A DNA stretch of 63,322 bases, counting the filler, from Nemertoderma westbladi (lineage: Eukaryota; Animalia; Xenacoelomorpha): assembly GCA_032718475.1 (NCBI GenBank). It is 3 parts of 3 records of this genome, joined end to end, with 100 filler letters (N's around TTAATTAATTAA, not from the genome) between each part and the next. Parts side by side here need not be neighbours in the genome. Positions count along the whole stretch, not along the records: positions 23,385 to 52,637 come from JAUCBJ010001882.1; positions 52,738 to 63,322 come from JAUCBJ010000808.1; 1 more part is not named here. One strand, given 5' to 3'. A model generated the notes under the pieces. The model did not search any database. It worked only from the letters and a program-made list of their open reading frames with translations, and was not told the origin of the DNA. Each line of letters opens with the position of its first letter. The stretch's first letter is position 1. Both the position numbers and the translations under genes were made by a program. Below are positions 45,458 through 59,014 of the stretch, piece after piece.

Positions 45458-46302
45458 TATAATTTAGTCCGCCAATTTTGTAAAAACCTCGACAATAAAA
45501 TAAAGTTTACCTGCAACTTCGTAAAGTGGCTCTCCAACCATCACAAAAATATGGAACTTAATTAACTTTGGCAATAATTATTTTGTACAGTATATTGTAT
45601 ATTATATATTTTTGAATTCTTAAAACGATTGCATATTTTGTGACCGGAATTGTCTCTATCGTTGTGAAGAACAAACTGACTCAAATAGAAGATGTTTCAT
45701 GGACGAAATTCATATAACGAATGTTATATATTGACTATAATATTAGAGTAACAATTGAAATCGACTTAATGTATCTCGAAAAACCTTATCCTAACCCCTG
45801 AACTCAACATGATCCGTAAATGTTACGGAATACGCATTAAAACAATTTATGCGGCATTATATAGCATTGAGAGGTCGCGACCTAAGATATTAACGACATT
45901 CGCGGTCCCCACGGGCGACCGGCCCACAGATCTTGTTTATAGACACAAACAATAATAGGATTATTATAATGTAGGCCTATCTTAGCCATAATGTACATAC
46001 CTCACTGTGATTATCTCTATCTAAAACTTTGCTTGCTCCCACCTCATAATATCTAAATTTTATTGTAATTCTATATCTGAATTTATCCCCCCCCCCCCCC
46101 CGCCCCCACTTTTGGATACGTGGCTGGGCCCCTGATATCTCTAGTACAGTACGGTGGTTGAAAACATCCAATTGAAATTTAGTACTTTTATTTGATTATA
46201 AATTTTTTCTTGAATTTTAAACCGGTTTGACACAACTGACCTTCAAAGCATGAGGAAGAGGGAAATTTAAATAATTTAATCCACATAGTGAAAGTATAAC
46301 CG

Positions 46303-46452
46303 TGTAAACCGGTAGGTACCTGTATACCGGTAGGTACCTGTATACCGGTAGGTACCTGTATACCGGTAGGTACCTGTAAACCGGTAGGTACCTGTATACC
46401 GGTAGGTACCTGTATACCGGTAGGTACCTGTATACCGGTAGGTACCTGTATA
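46303..46452. repeat. 18-bp minisatellite, about 8 copies
   Basis: Unit TGTATACCGGTAGGTACC. Confidence 0.95.
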
Positions 46453-48959
46453 CGTTTACATGCGTAGCATTCTGTAACTCAATAGTTAGGCCTGTCTATA
46501 TACAGTACATGTAAAACTTACAAGTAAACTTATGCTAAGCTAAAATATGTACAATATTGTAAACTTCTATGGGCCTACAGTGCTACAGTACTGGCAACTT
46601 TTGTATTGGTGATCTTACTTAGGTTCACTTTTTACTGCAGAATATATTAGAATATATTCAAAAAGTTGTTGATATGTTATATGTTATTTTGTACAGAAAA
46701 ATATGCAGTTGCGCAACTATTTGGCCAAACATTATAGTTTAAACAAAGCTAGGCAGGTATAATAAGTCAAAGAAGATGGAATTAGACGAAAATTATAGAT
46801 CTGATCTCACAAAATTTTACAAACTATACTATACAGTGGTTTGGATATCACAGCATTGTTCCTAATTCATGCTGCACAAGACTGAATAGTTAGTCTTCAG
46901 TTCTTTAGATGCCATTATATTACATTGTACTGTAGAATTATTATATAATTTACAGTATATATGTTAAATTAACTGTAGGCCTATTTCTATTAGTGTTTAA
47001 ACGGGATCGCACTTTTCGGGATTTCCGGGTTAAACACGATGTATTCCGAGAGCTCCAAAAGTTGCTTTAAAAAATATTATTATAAATATGATTTATAAAA
47101 ATAAATTACAATACCTCTTTTTATTGTATTTTTATACTCTATACTGTAGTGACATATTTATACTGTAATATAATTAAGATTGGATTTATTTATCGGCATA
47201 TTATTTCTACTGTACTTCAACTACCGTATATTAAAACTTCATATATTTAATAATTAATTCGCCATTCTTAGAATTGAGAGCAATAATTCCGCTATAGCTT
47301 AACGTACAATAGCTTCTAAAAGTCGTCCTGTCATAGGTGCTGAATAAATCATTAGTAATTTATTCGAATTGTATAGTATGGGGCTATATTGATTGGCCTA
47401 CTGTTTAAGAAAATATTGACTGAGTTTTTAAAACTTTATCAAGACAGATTCGGAAATAAATTAGAATGGCAGTATCTCTTTCTTACAATCTACAACTTTC
47501 TTCAGACTGATTTTAGTAAAACAATAGAGAAACAATTTAGATGTAGACCTACTGTATAATTAATATTAATAATAATAATTTTAAAGTTTAAAGTTCATAA
47601 ATTTAAACCACATAAATTGTCCATTTTCCAAAAATATTACTGTTCCGGGCACACAGGTTTGAACAATGTTTAACACATTGAACCTTTTACTATTTCATTG
47701 TGTGATGGCATCTATTGATGGGATCTTCTTTTGTGGCACTTCGAATTAATAATCGATAATTGATCAGCATTCAACAGTTTATATTTCTTCACAAACTGTT
47801 ACACTAACGATAACGAATGTCCCTAGGTTTACACCCGATATCGATTCTTCTTTGAGCAATGCGCGCAGTGTGGGTGACTGGCGCTGGGGAGGGGAGGGGC
47901 AATGTGTCAACACACACACAGGCAAGTGCAACATGATCATAAAATGCGTAAAAATATTAAGCAAAACAGTAATAGAGAGTCAATAACACAGGTTACAGTT
48001 TACATTTTTTCGGTTTCGGCGTAGCGCTTACGCCCTCGGAAAACCGTTCCTTACGAAGCTGCTATAATCAAAGGAAGAAATTAAAATTAACCGACCTAAA
48101 TCTGAAAAAAAAGAAACTATACCCTGTTATAAATACAAAATATTATTATTAAAAAGAATCCTTGCATGATTCAGAGGTTCAAACAGTATAATAAATAACA
48201 TACAATGCACAGTATTCTGCCTCCAAAGTTATTGTAGACAAAATAACATCATGGTCCTGACCTGATCGACTTTTCCGAATCATCATTCATTAACCTATAT
48301 AGATCAGGGTGGTGACCCCCCCCCCCCCCCCCCTATTATTCAGTACGCCATTGAAAAAATTCAATTAAACAAAAAAGATTTCGTGGAATTTCAATCCTGC
48401 AAGTGTCCTCGGGCCGTGTGGGAAGATTCTCGTTTCTCTCCACCGAATTGGAGAGCTAAAGGAGACGAACGGACGACGGCGCCATGTGGAATCATAAGAG
48501 ACAAAGGAAAGTATCGGGTTGAGAAAACTAATAAACATTACGGCGTTGTGCGCTCAATGCTTGGGATACCAACCGTAAATATTATTGTAGGGGATCGGGC
48601 TTTGATAGGAAGTGAAAACAATACAAAACAATATTGTAATAAAAAAGAGTTTGTAATGTAATGTCGACATCCTGATTGTGTAAACAATAATGCTGTTTAT
48701 GAGACTGGTCGCTTATGGTTCTTCTGCTGCACGAAGGCTTATTGTTCAACAGCTTTCCTGATGGAAAGAAACAATTTTGGATATTTTATAAAATTAGCTA
48801 CTCATTGGACTATCTTCTACCTACACGGTGGTGATTTCCGTCCAATTGTTAATTTCTTAGTATTTTTTATCTATTCATGTGGAGTAGGCCTACTAATGGT
48901 TATTTACTAATTAGTAGGTCGCCTGGATCCATATACAATAACAAGAACCTTACTACTGC

Positions 48960-49400
48960 TGCTACCGGTATGCTGCATTATATATATTACATATATATTA
49001 AGAATGCTGTGCCGGCTTGTCACAAAATTGCGCTGCCACAACTCCCTATCACCCATGACATTTGCAAGATCATCCGCATCTTCAAGGCCAGTGTCCTTTA
49101 AGATGCGTCTCAAGAGAGTCATGGGCTGTCCACCATGCTTATTCACTCCATGAGGCCGCCAAAGCACAATATTATGCGCTGGCTGGTCTTCACGGCGAAA
49201 GCAATGTCCTGCAAAGCAGCAGCGGCTCCGTTCAAGTGTCAAGGGGAGACTAATGGAACACCTCCAACAAGGTTGTATTGTGTCTGATTGGTGATGTGTT
49301 CATTGTAAGCCTACTTGACACTATGAACCCGGCGCAGCATTCTTATTGTATAAGTGTCATCAATAGATTTGGTATCCTCTGCAGTTAGACCCCAACTTAC
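48960..49400 (-). mobile_element. RTE-type LINE family A, 3' end
   Basis: FAGHCFRREDQPAHNIVLWRP..LKDTGLEDADD. Confidence 0.85.
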
Positions 49401-51854
49401 AGTAGGCGTACATTTTGGTATTTCGCGTTTAATTAATTTTCATGTTATGTGTTAGGAAAGGTCTATTGTGATTTACCAATTCGTGAAATGACCAGTCCCT
49501 CCAATCAGAAGCCTGATCTAAGGCAAAGAGTGACTGCCATTAGTATCTCGCACCGCCTGTAGATCATCATTACCATTACTCCAGGAAATGGAAGTGCCGC
49601 AATTTAAAGGCATTAACGGCAAGCTTTATTGCTAATGTACATTGGGGGTCACGTGACACCTACGACCATATATTGTGCCTGTGACCTAAGTAGTATGTGA
49701 CCAAATATATAACAATAAATCGCAGTTTTATGGAACCGCCGATCATAGAGTTGTCAACTTTGTAACAATGCACTCAAACTTAATGAATAAAAAAATCTTT
49801 CCTGAAATCGCCAAAGCTTCCGGCATATTGTGTACTGCGCAATGAAACTCGTGAGTGAACGCAAATCCTCAGCGTTCAATATATCCGTCCAATTACTGCC
49901 TTTGGATATTTCCCTTTTTAACTGAAATATGAAACACTGCGGGCAAATGACACCGGGATAGGTATACAGAATCCATCGCCTTATCCACCCGATAGTCGAG
50001 ATTCCACAACAATCTCACCACGGACGGGTTAGTAAGGTTATACAATCGCGTGAGTGAAATGTAAATTATACGAAATTTGTATAATTTCATTATGCGAGTA
50101 TCGTCACCGTTCTGTTTCCTAATCCAAATACATGTAATTCACAAAAGATCGTAGAATACATAAATCCAGCGAGAGGATTATTGAAATCATTGAACGCCAA
50201 GATCTTCGCTGTTTATCAACGAAACTCAAATACAGTAGAGTTACATATTTGGGACCCTAGCAATGAAAGCTTTTAATGATACTGTATAAATAACGACTAA
50301 TGTGAAGAATGGCGGCGTTACGATAAGCCGTGTAATTTCACGAAAGTACGGTGCTTTGAAAACGTTTATAAAATAATTTATAGAGGAGAAATCGAAAGTT
50401 TTGGCTCATCAACTATCAAATTGTGACCATTAACGGTGTGTTAGTTGAACTATTAGGCCTCATTGTGTTTCAAATTTCATGCAAAATGATAAAAATTTGT
50501 AAAAAAAAATATGGAGAGGTTGTGGGTGGTTCCGTGTCATCAGAAAATGAAACAATATTACGGGTTAACAGCGCAGTTGATATCTGATACATAAAAGTAT
50601 AGCTGTGTTAAACCCTATCGAGTGAAGAAAAATTTCAATTGTTGAAATAAAACTTTGACATGGATTATTGGTACTTTCTGCGGAAACCCCCATTGAGCGA
50701 GCGTTATGACCACCCATTAAGGGCACTCTTTGTACGAGGCCTGTGGGTGTAAGTTCCGTCGCTACCACGCAATGGAGTTCATTACCTCTCCTAATTACCC
50801 AACAAATTGATAGTAAATTCTATTACATCCAAGTCCGATGCTTTTAGTAGGGGTTCTATCTACCCGAGTGGGCAATGTACATAGCCGCGAGGAGCTGGGG
50901 CGAGGAATAAGGCCAATTCCAACAATTACGAGTCGCCTTGATCCCGGAAGTGGCTTCTCTCGTTGCAGTGGCGGGGCGGACACTCAATTACTGCCCGTGT
51001 TCCCACAGTGAGAGGGGCAGATGGTACAGAATATGAGGGGAAATTCGTTGGCAATAATATCTGGCTTGGCAATGAGACATCGCGCTCCTGTACAATGGTA
51101 GTACGGCGTACGGACCGCGGTAAATGTACCGACATTATCGGAAAAGTTTGACGAGCTGCTATCTCATGATCTGCTGTGCGCGAATGCACAGCTACTGGTG
51201 AGTAAAACAGGGTACGCGCTAATTGGATTCTGCGCTAATCTATCGGCATTTTTCGATGGTTCAAATGTAAGATCTTTATCACTGAGTAGCATGGATGAAA
51301 GGGGGTGCTATACTCTATCTGCGTTGTAGTTCCTGTATATCTGTATATCTCCTGGCGTATGTTCTCAGTCTGCCTTCCTGCCACTATGCTGTATAAAGAT
51401 TCCACATAACATTCCTGGCATTGGCGGAGGTCACATAAATATGTTTGCTTTGTCAGGTTTCCATTAGAGCATATTGATATAGTACGTTGGGAGTGGAGGA
51501 GTACAGGTGAAAGGTAAACCAACCTTTACGCTATACTTTTAATGTATAATCATCACCACGACTCAATGTTGAATTCGTAATAAAGAAATTTTCGAAACCT
51601 ACTGTATCAGCTAGCATAGAAAAGTAGTCTAAGCTTAGCCCAAACTTCGTATTAACTGATTAGTTACAGAATCTAACACATTGTAAAACACCACCGCAAA
51701 CAACCTATCACAATGCTTTACACCAAAGGATACCGGTAACTTCTTGTAAGTAACATCGGTATTACTGTGGAAAACGAATCCACAACTCACGAAAGCATAT
51801 CCACAAATCGTTACTTTGGGCAACGGCCTGTAAATATATGCATTTAGGGGTGAC

Positions 51855-52101
51855 TTTTGACGCAAATAACAGCTGATTACTCTCAAAAATAAAACTGTAA
51901 CCTGTTCTATTGACTTTAGTATATTGTTTTGGTTAGAATAACGTGTCTCTGTAACCTGCTCCTTTCCCTTAATTGATATTTTAAAATTGCGACTAAATAA
52001 TAATTCGGGCTTAAAGAAGCCCCCCCCCCCCCTCCCCTCCCCTACCCCACTCTCAATATGACACAAGGAGGCACAACGTAATACACACAAACCCCAGATA
52101 G

Positions 52102-52132
<31 letters not shown>

Positions 52133-52335
52133 TGGGGGGGGGGAACTGGATGCAATAAAAATTCATCCCTCTCCAGGGAAATTGGACGCAAATAACATCT
52201 GGTTACTGTCAAAAATAAAAATGTATCCCGTTCTATTGTGTTTAGTTTATTGTTTTGATTAAAATAACGTGCCACAGTAACCTGCTCCTTTTCCTAAATT
52301 GAGAATTTAACATTGAGGCGGGATATTAATTCGCC
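51855..52335 (+). repeat. Dispersed unclassified repeat, two tandem copies
   Basis: TTGTTTTGGTTAGAATAACGTG..TAACCTGCTCCTTTCC is also at 44697-44800, about 58260 and, inverted, 55715-55850. Confidence 0.6.
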
Positions 52336-52637
52336 AAGACGGGATTTGCGTCCAGTCCCCCCCCCCCCCCCCCCCCCCGGTCTCAGAAACTAATACCCAG
52401 TTATTTGCATGACTAATAACAATTTACATCCGTATCAGTTGGTGACCGACTATACGCATTCAGTCAGTTTTCATAGGAGCCATTTTATTTTATTTGTCCT
52501 TTTACTTAATTTATAGCCCCCGGGGCAGCTCAGACTGGAGTCGGAGTGATTATTGGAGCCCCCCAACATCTTTCAAGAAGTGTAGAAAACATGGAAACAT
52601 AAGGTGCCCATTTTGTTTATGTAAATTAAAATTTAGT

Positions 52638-52737
52638 NNNNNNNNNNNNNNNNNNNNNNNNNNNNNNNNNNNNNNNNNNNNTTAATTAATTAANNNNNNN
52701 NNNNNNNNNNNNNNNNNNNNNNNNNNNNNNNNNNNNN
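52638..52737. other. Artificial gap/contig spacer
   Basis: N44-TTAATTAATTAA-N44. Confidence 0.95.
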
Positions 52738-52761
52738 ATCCGTATCGTGTTTTACTGGGTT

Positions 52762-53450
52762 ACTGCACCAGTCTGCCAGTGTCTGTACCACTGTCTGCGC
52801 CACAGTCTGCACCAGTGTCTGCACCACTGTCTGCACCACTGTCTGCACCAGTGTCTGCACCACTGTCTGCACCAGTTTCTGCACCACTGTCTGCACCACT
52901 GTCTGCACCACTGTCTGCACCAGTGTCTGCACCACTCTGTCTGCACCAGTGTCTGCACCACTGTCTGCACCAGTGTCTGCACCACTGTCTGCACCAGGTG
53001 TCTGCACCACTGTCTGCTCTACTGTCTGCACCAGTTTCTACACCACTGTATCTGCACCAGTGTCTGCACCACTGTCTGCGCCACTGTCTGCACCACTGTC
53101 TGCACCACTGTCTGCACCAGTGTCTGCACCACTGCCTGCACCACTACCTGCACCACTATCTGCACCACAATCTGCACCAGTGTCTGCAGCACTGTCTGCA
53201 CCAGTGTTTACACCACTGTCTGCACCACTGTCTGCACCAGTGTCTGCACCACTGTCTGCACCAGTGTTTGCACCACTGTCTGCACCACTGTCTGCACCAA
53301 TGTCTGCACCACTGTCTGCACCAGTGCGTGCACCACTGTCTGCACCAGGCAGCCAGGTGTTTGCACCACTGTCTGCACCAGGCAGCCAGGTGTCTGCACC
53401 ACTGTCTGCATCACTGTCTGCACCACTGTCTGCTCTGCACCAGTGTCTGC
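52762..53450. repeat. 12-bp minisatellite
   Basis: (CTGCACCA[C/G]TGT)n; gives the APLS/HHCL/TTVC periodic ORFs. Confidence 0.97.
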
Positions 53451-55563
53451 TTAACGTTTACACTCCAAAATTAATTAGTACAACGATGGTGGATGGACAG
53501 ATTGATTAGTCTTACTGTCTTCTGGTCTTAGCTCAATCAGTCAATGTAATACTTGGAATATTTAGCAAAGTTTGCTCCGGGCTTCTGCAGTATCAATTGC
53601 AGAAGCCGAACCAAACCGAAATTGCCAAACTTCGGCCCGAACCGAACCGAAGCCGCAGCTTCTGTCAGTCTGTTGAGCCCTCCCCTTCCCCTAGGCTGCT
53701 AGGTGTAGTCCCATCCCATATATATTAATGTATAGATGTAATTTATGTGTCAACTTCAGAACTTGCAGTAATGTGATGCACGGTCGTCAATCAGGATGTA
53801 ATGGCAATCTCTGATCTCCATGCAGCCATGGCTGCATGGTACATCAACCAACAACCTGCAGACCTGTCTGCTGTCAGACAACAGCTATTACTGCTGTAGG
53901 CCTACTGCATACTGTATAAACAGAAAACATCGCCTTCTGCAGTTCTGATTATTCTAAAGTCTGAAAGTAGGGTGCATTTATAGTTACCTGGTTGTACTTT
54001 GCGTTTCATGAACAGATGAAAACGTGAATAAAGTCCAAACTCAGAAACTGTTAAACTGCCGCCGATAGTTGCACAGGCAGACAGTTTTTTTTATCCCCAT
54101 GCTAAGCATTGTTAAGGCGACCGGTACCGGTAAGCAATGGTAGAGCATTAGGCCTATTCTGTCAGTCAGTTACTGCAGTACAGCATTATGACCAGAGACC
54201 AGTAGTCCCCCAGAAAGAATACAGAATAGGCCTATATCGTCACCAAATTCTCATTTGCTTACGGCTGTACGGTATGTAATATAGGGCTAATAATAAAGAG
54301 CGGAAAAACCTGGAAAATGCTGGAAAGGAAACAGCTAGATTCTAGCTGTTTCCTTTCCAGCATTTTACTAGCCTAGAAACGCCTTGTTATAATAAGGTCG
54401 GAAACATATGCTAGAAACACATATGTAGCATGTAGATTTATCTAGAATGAGGCAGAAAACTACTGACAGTCGGTGAGAAGTCAAAAATTGGACTTCAAGT
54501 CCAATTTTAGACTTCAAGTCCAATTTTGGACTCCAAAGTCCAATATTGGACTTTGACTTTAGTACAACTCCAAGTGTACCCATGTTGCCATATTGTATAT
54601 CGGTATTTCAATCAAAACTGCATCCCGTATCAATACATATATATTACATAATTACAATGCAACATTATTTTAATGATCAAATTAATTATTATAAGTATTA
54701 TAAGCAGGGATCACACACGTACAGTCAGACATCAGTTGTCAGTAGTTACTTTTTGCGGTAGTCAGGTAGTGGTATGGCTTTGCGGTAGTAGCCTTACTGC
54801 CTTAGCGGTGTATACCGCGGTGGCGGTAGCGGTAGTTGAGTTATAGCTGTATAGTTCATTCATACACATACCTAGCACATAGGGCCCATACCTGTGGTAT
54901 TTTCGTATATGGCAAAAATAAGACTACTGTAAACTGTAACCTATTATGTCTGTATGTTATTGAGTTAATGTTTATTGACTAATTGTTTTGATTAGGTTCA
55001 CTGTGTCAAGTACAATGCACACATCTCCAACCAGACACTTTATAACATTGGAGTTGGAGGTGTCTCATTAGAGACCAGCCAGTGCACCTCATGGAGTGAA
55101 TAAGCATGGTGGACAGCCCATGACTTTCTTGAGACGCATCTTTCTTACTGTCTCAAAGGACACTGGCCTTGAAGATGCGGATGATCTAGCAAATGTCATG
55201 GGTGATTAAAGCTGTAAGAGTGTAAGGGAGTTGTGGAGGCGCACTTTTCAGCTTTTGTCAACAAGCCCGCACAGCATTCTTAATAGGGCCTATATATATA
55301 ATGCAGCTGCAATGCAGCATGCCGATTGCTGGATTGTAGTTAGTAGTATGTGGTGATAGGGCTCCTTCAATTGGTAAAGTCAAAAGTGTCCGTTTATTGT
55401 TTTAGTTAGAAAAAATGTAACCTGTAAACTGTAACCTGTTCCTTATTATGTGGAGACCCCAACACGTTAATCAGTTAATCCCCTTTCATTATCCAGCCGT
55501 TTTAAAATACCCTTCCTGTTGTATGGAAAAATTAGAAGAGATAGTGGTAGCATCAACTTTGTA

Positions 55564-56151
55564 GGATACATGACCGAACGTAATCAGGATCAAATGTAAC
55601 ATAGTTATTACGTATCGAACGTAACCGCAATTATGTTACATTGGATCCTATAACTATGTTACATTCGATCTACAAATTACTAAGCCCGAATGTAACATTG
55701 CCATTTACAGATTTAAAGGAGCAGGTTACAGAGGCGTGTTGGGGGAACCAAAACCATAAACGAAAGTTAACACATGTTACAAGATTATGCAGGTTACTTT
55801 TATTTAAAGGCTGAAAGGAGCAGGTTACAGAGGCGTGTTGGGGGAACCAAAACAATAAACGAAAGTTAACACATGTTTACAAGATTATATGCAGGTTACT
55901 TAATTGGGTCTTGGGTCTTTGTTTTGTTCTCACCAACACCAAACTGTTTCTTCATGTAAGTAAACGAAGCATTTCATTGGTTAACTCCTGAAATCAAAAC
56001 ACAACTGAAATAAATGTATATTACATTCGGTCTTAGTAATTTGTAGATCGAATGTAACATAGTTATAGGATCCAATGTAACATAATTTAGGTTACGTTCG
56101 ATTCGTAAAAACTATGTTACGTTCGATCCTGATTACGTTCGGACTGTCACC
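55564..56151. mobile_element. MULE-type MITE
   Basis: About 130-bp inverted arms (CCGAACGTAATCAGGATC / GATCCTGATTACGTTCGG); 9-10-bp TSD (C)AACTTTGTA; empty site at about 58470. Confidence 0.85.
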
Positions 56152-56376
56152 CAACTTTGTAGTATTTCTTTATGATAGGGCTCCCATAGGCTTAGACGAA
56201 ATCGTAGCGTGTACTGTGTACTGTAGTTAGCCTTAGCAGCAGCTGCAGTTGGCAAACCTGGCATGGCTACCAGTTTCCACCAAATATAATTTGTAATTAA
56301 ATATTTCTTGGAGCATAATCTAATCTAGTCCTAAAGACTCTAAAGTCCTGGGTACATAAGGCTGTAAGGTTAGACA

Positions 56377-57183
56377 TAGGGCTCGATCGGAGTTGGGATT
56401 TGGCCGGAGCAGGAGCCGGAGTTGGACAATTTGGCCGGAGCCGGAGCAGGAGCCGGAGTTTTTCAAAAATTTAAAAGTTTAATTATTTATTAAAAAATAA
56501 ATAAAGTAGGCCTATGGCATATGGTTATCGTTCGCCAATCGCTCATAATCAATATCATACTGTAGGTCTAGGTCTAATTAATTTCATAATTTATAGATTT
56601 ACGAATTTTCAATTTAAAATTTAAGTAATTAATTTATCACGGACAGACAGCCTGACACCTGACGCTGTGCGTTGACGGCTAAAAATTACCAACAGTACCT
56701 AACTCACTAACTGTGGTAGAGCTGTAGAGGTGTGTACTGTAGGTAGCCTAGGTACCGTACGTGTGTGTACCAGTACTGCAGTACAGTATGCTGGCATGAC
56801 AGCAGTAAATGGCTGCAGTGGTACCTGGGTACAGTGTACTGGGTACAGGTGTACAATCATAGCATTTACAATTTTTTACCTATCTTCTATCTGTAACAGT
56901 CTGCTATTCTGCTAGTCCTGTAGTCAGCCAGCTGGCCAGTACCAGTACTCCAGTACAGTCAGTCAGTCTCAGTCATTGACTTTAAGTAAATATTGCAGTA
57001 TTATGCTTGATATTGAAGCTGTACTCTGGTACTACAGTACTTATAGTGTAAATAATTGTTCATGCACGAAATATAATACTTTATTAAAAAATTAACTCCG
57101 GCAATATTTTTACCGGAGCCGGAGCAGGAGCCGGAGGTGCCAAAATGGCCGGAGCCGGAGGCCGGAGCTCCGATCGAGCCCTA
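56377..57183. mobile_element. hAT-type MITE (GGAGCC subterminal repeats), copy 1
   Basis: TIR TAGGGCTCGATCGGAG...CTCCGATCGAGCCCTA; TSD GTTAGACA; empty site at about 58695. Confidence 0.92.
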
Positions 57184-59014
57184 GTTAGACATAACATGAA
57201 TGTAAACTAAACAATATGTTAAAAGTAAAGTACAAAGTACCTAGAATGCTAGAATGTACCATTATATTCTAAGTACAGTACACTGAAGATACATACAGAG
57301 CTGCAAAGATAACTTTCCATAACTTAATAACTGTATGGCTGTCTCTCATCTGTTATGCTTCATGTACATTTAAGTTTGATTCTCAATGTCGCGTCCAAAA
57401 TTGGACTTAAAGTCCAATATTGGACTTTTATAAAAATTCAAAGCCTTATAAAAAAAGTTCCCCCTGATGAATTTCAGGTGCCCCTGTTCAAAACTCTTAT
57501 TTTTTGATATATTTTCGATTAAATAAAAAAAATCCCGCCCGATCCAATTACCCAAGGCCCTGGAACAATTGGCTGATTTGAAGTCCAATATTGGACTCGC
57601 AGAAGTCCAATTTTGGACTTGAACTGGAGTCGAAGTCCAATTTTGGACTCAAGTCCAATTTTAGACTTCAAGTCCAATTTTGGACTCCAAAGTCCAATAT
57701 TGGACTTTAGTACAACTCCAAGTGTACCCATGCTGCCATACTGTATATCGGTATTTAAATCAAAACTGCATCCCGTATCAGTACATATATATTACATAAT
57801 TACAATGCAACAATATTTTAATGATCAAATTAATTATTATAAGTACTATATAACATTGGAGTTGGAGGTGTCTCATTCAGTCATTGGTTCCCCCAAGCTT
57901 GACACTCGAACAAAGCCGCCTCCGCTTTGCAGGACATCACTTAAGCCGTGAGGACCAGCCAGTGCACCTCATGGAGTGAATAAGCATGGTGGACAGCCCA
58001 TGGCTTTCTTGAGACGCATCTTTCTTACTGTCTTAAAGGATACTGGCCTTGAAAATGCGGATGATCTAGCAAATGTCATGGGTGATAAGGCTGTAAGAGT
58101 GTAAGGGAGTTGTGGAAGCGCACTTTTGTCAACAAGCCGGCACAGCATTCTTAATAGGGTCTATATATATAATGCAGCTGCAATGCAGCATGCCGATTGT
58201 AGTAGTAGTGTGGTGAGGTGATAGGGCTCCTTCAATTGGTAAAGTCAAAAGTGGCCGTTTATTGTTTTAGTTAGAAAAGCCTGCCTCTGTAACCTGTTCC
58301 TTTCCTTCAATTGGTTTATAATTAGCCTATGACGTGTGTTACTTCTTACTTCTGTACTTATTATGTGGAGACCCCAACACGTTAATCAGTTACTAATCCC
58401 CTTTCATTATCCAGCTGTTTTAAAATACCCTTCCTGTTGTATGGAAAAATTAGAAGAGATGGTGGCATCAACTTGTAGTATTTCTTTCTGATAGGGCTCC
58501 CATAGGCTTAGACGAAATCGTAGCTTGTACTGTAGTTAGCCTTACTGCCTTAGCAGCAGCTGCAGTTGGCAAACCTGGCATTGCTACCAGTTTCCACCAA
58601 ATATATTTTGTAATTAAATATTTGTTGGAGCATAATATAATCTAGTCCTATAGACTCTATTGCTCTAAAATCCTGGGTACATAAGGCTGTAAGGTTAGAC
58701 ATAACATGAATGTAAACAATATGCTAAAACTAAAGTACAAAGTACCTAGAAGAATGCTAGAATGTACCATTTAGCCTATATTCTAAGTACAGTACACTGA
58801 AGATACATAGGCCTACAGAGCTGCAAAGGTAACTTTCCATAACTTAATAGCTGTCTGGCTGTCTCTCATCTGTCATGCTTCATGTACCTTTAAGTTTGAT
58901 TCTCAATGTCACGTCCAAAATTAGACTTAAAGTCCAATATTGGACTTTTGTAAAAATTCAAAGCCTTATAAAAAAAGTTCCCCCTGGTGAATTTCAGGTC
59001 CCCCTGTTCAAAAC

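Noticed and set aside
52690-53509. Cys/His-rich or APLS-repeat proteins
   Set aside because: All frames are open only because of the 12-bp minisatellite beside a gap.
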